Below the pieces are notes generated by a model. That model saw only the letters and a list, made by a program, of their open reading frames with translations, had not been told where the DNA came from and searched no databases. A program made the translations under genes and the position numbers. A stretch of 64,000 nucleotides of DNA, taken from assembly GCF_009914755.1 (NCBI RefSeq), contig NC_060930.1; one strand, 5' to 3'. The stretch comes from the human T2T-CHM13v2.0 reference genome, Homo sapiens. This document shows, piece by piece, positions 57,719 to 64,000 of this stretch; the stretch's first letter is position 1; each line of letters starts with the position of its first letter.

Positions 57719-58774
57719 TTTGAGACAAAGAAAACATAAATTCATTCGTTCCAAGGTAGTGGAGGTTTGGGAGGCACTGTAAATTGTTTTGTGATAGATG
57801 AACCCTAGAAAAATACATTGGCTGTGGAAGAACAATCAAAGAAACAATATTTGAGTAAAGAAATACACCCTAGGGTACATAGAGACATTATGTTATGAAG
57901 CTAGTGGGTTATGACCCTTCTATCTATGGCACAGTTGAGACGATGGTTAAGATACTATATATAGTGCCACAGTACCTGAAAGATGCCACATCCTTACAAC
58001 CAGGAAAATGTCAACAGAGTCGAAATAATCATATAGCCCAAATACAACAGCCAGGTAGGATGACAAATGATTCCTTTAAAATATAAATGGATATATTAAA
58101 ATCTCACAATTCTGAAAAAATATACACTCTTACATAGTGTTTTAGAATTACCAATTTTTCACATATTTGCTGTTACAGGGAGAAGTAAACATTGTCATTC
58201 ATCCCAGCGTTCTCTTTCCGGGTTTGTAGGTTGTAACATCCATCATAGCTGATGAAAATAGAAACCAAAGGAATATTTTGCTTTACATTTTTCCCATGTT
58301 GTTTCTTTTAAGTAATCACCTACTTTTGCTTTGAAATACAATTTTTTCTTTATAAATTTCTCAGCTAAATGAAGTTACATAATATTGTAATTGATGTTAA
58401 TTAAGAGAAAGGAGGAAAAGACGATGGCAGATATGGAACATTTATATATAAATGGAATCACATATAATGTTATATAACTTATGCAATTATATATTGTATG
58501 TTATATATAATATGTACATATAACATATAAATATATTAACATATAAAGAGATACATGTGTACATTTCTAAATATATAAATTATCTGTTTACATAAATGTA
58601 TAAACAAGTTATATACATACGTAATATATTAAAATATATATTTACTTTATTTTTCACATTCTTACTTGAAAAATAGAGGACTATTTTCCTCTTGTTCAAT
58701 GTGAGGTGGTGGAGAAACAAAATGGGAATATGTGGGGTCCTTGTGACTACCTTTCTGTTGATGGATTGATGAGA
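57719..58774 (-). pseudogene. Candidate three-exon relic or unannotated spliced transcript: exons 58774-58666, 58248-58152, 57804-57719
   Basis: Each segment has a pyrimidine-tract AG acceptor and a GT donor (CAA|GTAAGA, TTG|GTAATT, AAA|GTGAGT); phases chain into one frame with a single internal TAA. Confidence 0.45.
58440..58650. repeat. (TA)-rich low-complexity tract
   Basis: Degenerate tata/cata runs. Confidence 0.8.
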
Positions 58775-59149
58775 CTGAGATAAAACCAACAGATCCATTT
58801 CTGAATGATTTTTCAGGGGTTGTTTTATTCTGATTTGGGTTTAGCATAAGTAAAATTAAAGAGAAATGACTCTGTGTATTCCAATACAAGGAGGTTAAAT
58901 AAACACCCTTGAGTAGGGAAGAAATTTTCCCTTTATCCTCTAACTGTACTTAACTATGTTATGGAACAGGAAGCAATGAAAACAGCTTCTCCTTAGAAGA
59001 GCAATGCTAATACAATGTAGTCATGACTCCATAGTAGCATAGTTTGACATAACTTCCCAGAAATAAATACTAATTCATGTACAAATTTTATATTAGCACA
59101 AAAGAATAATAGTTGTACAAGAGACTGAATTATCTGAGAAGGAAATACA

Positions 59150-61020
<1,871 letters not shown>

Positions 61021-61809
61021 CTAACCTTACATCTAAAAATGTTGTTGATTAGAAATAAGGTAATAGAAATATAAGATATCATATACTTTTGCTAAACAAA
61101 TGCTATATAATATCTAATTTGTCAATAGTGAAGTCTTTGTCTAAGGAGTTAGATGGTACATTTACGACAAAATATGCTACGCACACTTTTCTAAACACAC
61201 TGGTCTACTTTATAGTGTAATTTAGAGAGGTACTTTATAAAGATCTCACTCATAATCCTAATAAACACATACACTGCTTCATTATGATTTTCTAAATCCA
61301 AACTAATATTTTAATGGATGACTTAACATGAGACCACTTCCCAAAGATATTTGCAATTTACTGGGAGTTTTCTCCAATATTATCTAAATCCACAGCTCCA
61401 ACTTTTCGTTAAAGCACCTTTCTAATTATTCAAGTGTGAAACATCAAGGGAAGCAGTGGTGGGGATAATCTCTGCAGCTAAGTTAAGACCATGGATTCAA
61501 CTACCTTCAGGAAAGCCTGAACCCAGACAGGAAAAAAAAAACTTCTGCATCAAATTGAGCTTGATATTCTCTGTATTAAAAAAAAAAAAAACAGTATTGG
61601 CTCTCCTCAAGACTTGTAAAGTCCTTTTGGTAGTTTCATACTACCTTATTCAGATCATTAATTTTCCGAGGATAAATGTGTTTTTATCAGGTTCATGTGC
61701 CTTCCCAGCACTCTCTCTGTATATAGTCTTTGAGTGTTTGAAATATATGACATCAAATTTGAAGAAACTATTTATATACTTCATAATTAATTCTGACTAT
61801 AAACAGACT

Positions 61810-62750
61810 ATGTGAAGAAGTCACAAAGAACATTAAGAAATTGAATCAAGGATTAGCCATCAACAATGAATTTGGGCCCAAAATAAAACAAGACTGAATT
61901 ACCCACGTCAAAGATGAATTCGAAGAAAATATATGTAATGGGAGAGTCAGCAAAACATTTACATATTAACATAACTTAAAATGGGAATGAACTGATAAAT
62001 AACATTGCATGGTAAAGAAGGAAAGAATCTTTTGTAGAAGTGATATATTGAAGAAAGAAAGTATTTTCCTCCTCTAATAGATACTTCTAACTCAACGCAA
62101 TGGAAAAGGTGATGCAATAAGGATTGCAAAATCAATTAAAAGAAAACTGATTAGGATGAAAAAGCAAAATTATATAATTAAAAAATGTATTTGACTCCAA
62201 AGAGATTATTATTATATAATCAATAGAGGAACAAAAATCACCAGGCAGAAAACTCAATCAGATAATTAGAAAAGGTTCTTGGTAATGATAAATGCACAGC
62301 AAAGAAAAAAACAATTGGAGGAGATAGTAGTTTTCAAAGACAGGTAATCGAGACAGATCACAGAGGCTGAGAGTATTTTATAACTAGATAAAAGATTATA
62401 TACCAACAATCTTAAAAGTGTTATAGATAAAAAGTTGTCTTAAATGAAGAAATAACAGAATCTACACATTTAAGACAATATATCACGCTAATGAAAAATT
62501 CAATTCAATCTAATCAACATTACTTAGATTTTGACTAAGTTTTTTTCTTTTTTTAAGCATGAAGGAAAAAACATCAAGTCCATAAAAGAGAATGTGTCAG
62601 ATGGCTGCATAGCCTGTATATACACATTCAAAAAAGTTAAGTAAGGTCTGAATGAATTAGCATTGAACTCAATAATTTTCCAGTCAAATTTCCTTTCAGT
62701 CATAAATGCAACAGAGAAATTTTTAAACAGTCAAGGCCTTGGGGCACAGT
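61810..62750 (+). mobile_element. Very old L1M/HAL1-like ORF1 relic
   Basis: A-rich strand with agtagttttcaaagacagg...cagatcacagagg, actcaataattttccagtcaaatttcctttcag. Confidence 0.4.
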
Positions 62751-64000
62751 TCCATTTCTTCCCTCATCCTTTTCTTTCTGTACTTTTTATCTTAAACAAA
62801 AGGTAACATTTTTATCTAGACTGAGAGTTGGCATATGTAGGGTATAAGGGAATACTTTAACCTTGTGTTAATTCTACAGCCTTTTAATCTATATTAGAAA
62901 TCTTTTGCAGCTTGCTATAGATTAAGCAGTTTGGCACAGCAAATTTAGTTTTAATTATACTTTTTGTCCTGGTGCATCCTTCCTCTAAGGTAAAGAAGAC
63001 CGAGTGATTCATCTGATTTTATTATGATGGGGTGGGGAAAATAATTAGAAAAAGCAGGAACAATTGTTAATCTCAAATAACTAACACAGAACAATCTATT
63101 AATAATAAATATTTGCATCCTTATCATATCAATCAAGGTCCCATCAGGAGGCAAAATTATACCAGTAATTTGAACAGGGAAAATTCAATGTCAATGTGTT
63201 AAATAGTAAAGGGGAATTAGCTACTAATAAAAATAAACATACATTTATAAGAAACAGGAATAGCAGATATGAAGGTACAGTCAGAACTACTGGGGCTGAA
63301 GTAGATTACCTAAGGAAGAAAAAGACTTGGGAGAGTCACCAACCTCCTACCTCTAGTATCTGAAGCTAAAGTTAAAATGTGTTAAATCAATTTTAACCTC
63401 TTACCTCCAATACCCTAAAACAGAGCTTATTGCTTTAGCACACTTCATAACAAAGTTAACTGAAGAGAAATTTGCTGTAGTGGAGAGCAGAAAGCGTCCC
63501 ACTGGGGTGCTGGCTAGAGTTGTTGGGAATCTACTCAATAAAGTATTGCAAAAATTCTCTGGAAGCCAATGGTGTGCCATAGCCCATATCGAGTATTGCA
63601 AAGGAGAAAAAAAAAGGGTGAATATTAATGAAGAGCCAGTAATTTGATAACCGGTAAAACCATAGAAATAATTACTATATCCAAACTTTCTCTCCTAAAA
63701 AAATTAGAACTTGGACATCTATACTGCATTGAGTTCACCATAACCAAAACTGCAGCACTAAAAATAGAACAAGACTATATGAATATTTTTCTCAAAGGTT
63801 ACTTTGAGTTGATAAATCAAGACTCAGGGTGAAAGATTTTTCTTTTTAAATATGAGGATAACTAATTGTCCCCACTCCATCATCACATGAATAAGTTCCT
63901 TCTAGATTCTAGTTTCTTCATTCTTCTGCAAGCCCTCCTCCTTCTACTCCCTTTCCCCTTTTTTTAAATTTTAACATTTCTATGTGTCTCCTGATTTTTG

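Noticed and set aside
63401-63601. Minus-strand ORF ending at a strong donor GAG|GTAAGA with a pyrimidine tract upstream
   Set aside because: The acceptor position reads CAA rather than CAG, the peptide is unrecognisable, and its phase does not match the 58774 exon

Overview
AT-rich, CpG-poor catarrhine primate (most likely human) genomic DNA, intronic or intergenic in character, with no intact protein-coding gene that I can recognise. Much of it is interspersed repeat: about 13 Alu/FLAM copies, many old L1M/L2/MIR relics, a 5'-inverted L1PA inside a deleted THE1 element, a full-length THE1 element, a MER11 (HERV-K HML-8) solo LTR, MST/MLT/MER21 LTRs, and DNA transposons (MER58B, MER5, MER47, MER6B, MADE1, Tigger3a, MER3, MER53, Tigger2b, Ricksha). 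Almost all ORFs in the supplied track are repeat-derived or chance. Four signals are not explained by the repeat calls. (1) Three closely spaced minus-strand exon-like segments at 57.7-58.8 kb splice in phase into a Tyr/Pro-motif peptide with one internal stop, a candidate decayed gene or unannotated transcript. (2) A perfect 36-bp inverted repeat lies inside an ancient MIR. (3) Two plus-strand microexon candidates (27 nt and 4 nt). (4) A ~175-bp local duplication has been copied into a pyrimidine tract. Repeat subfamily names come from recalled consensus sequences, not a search, and the boundaries of old repeats are approximate.
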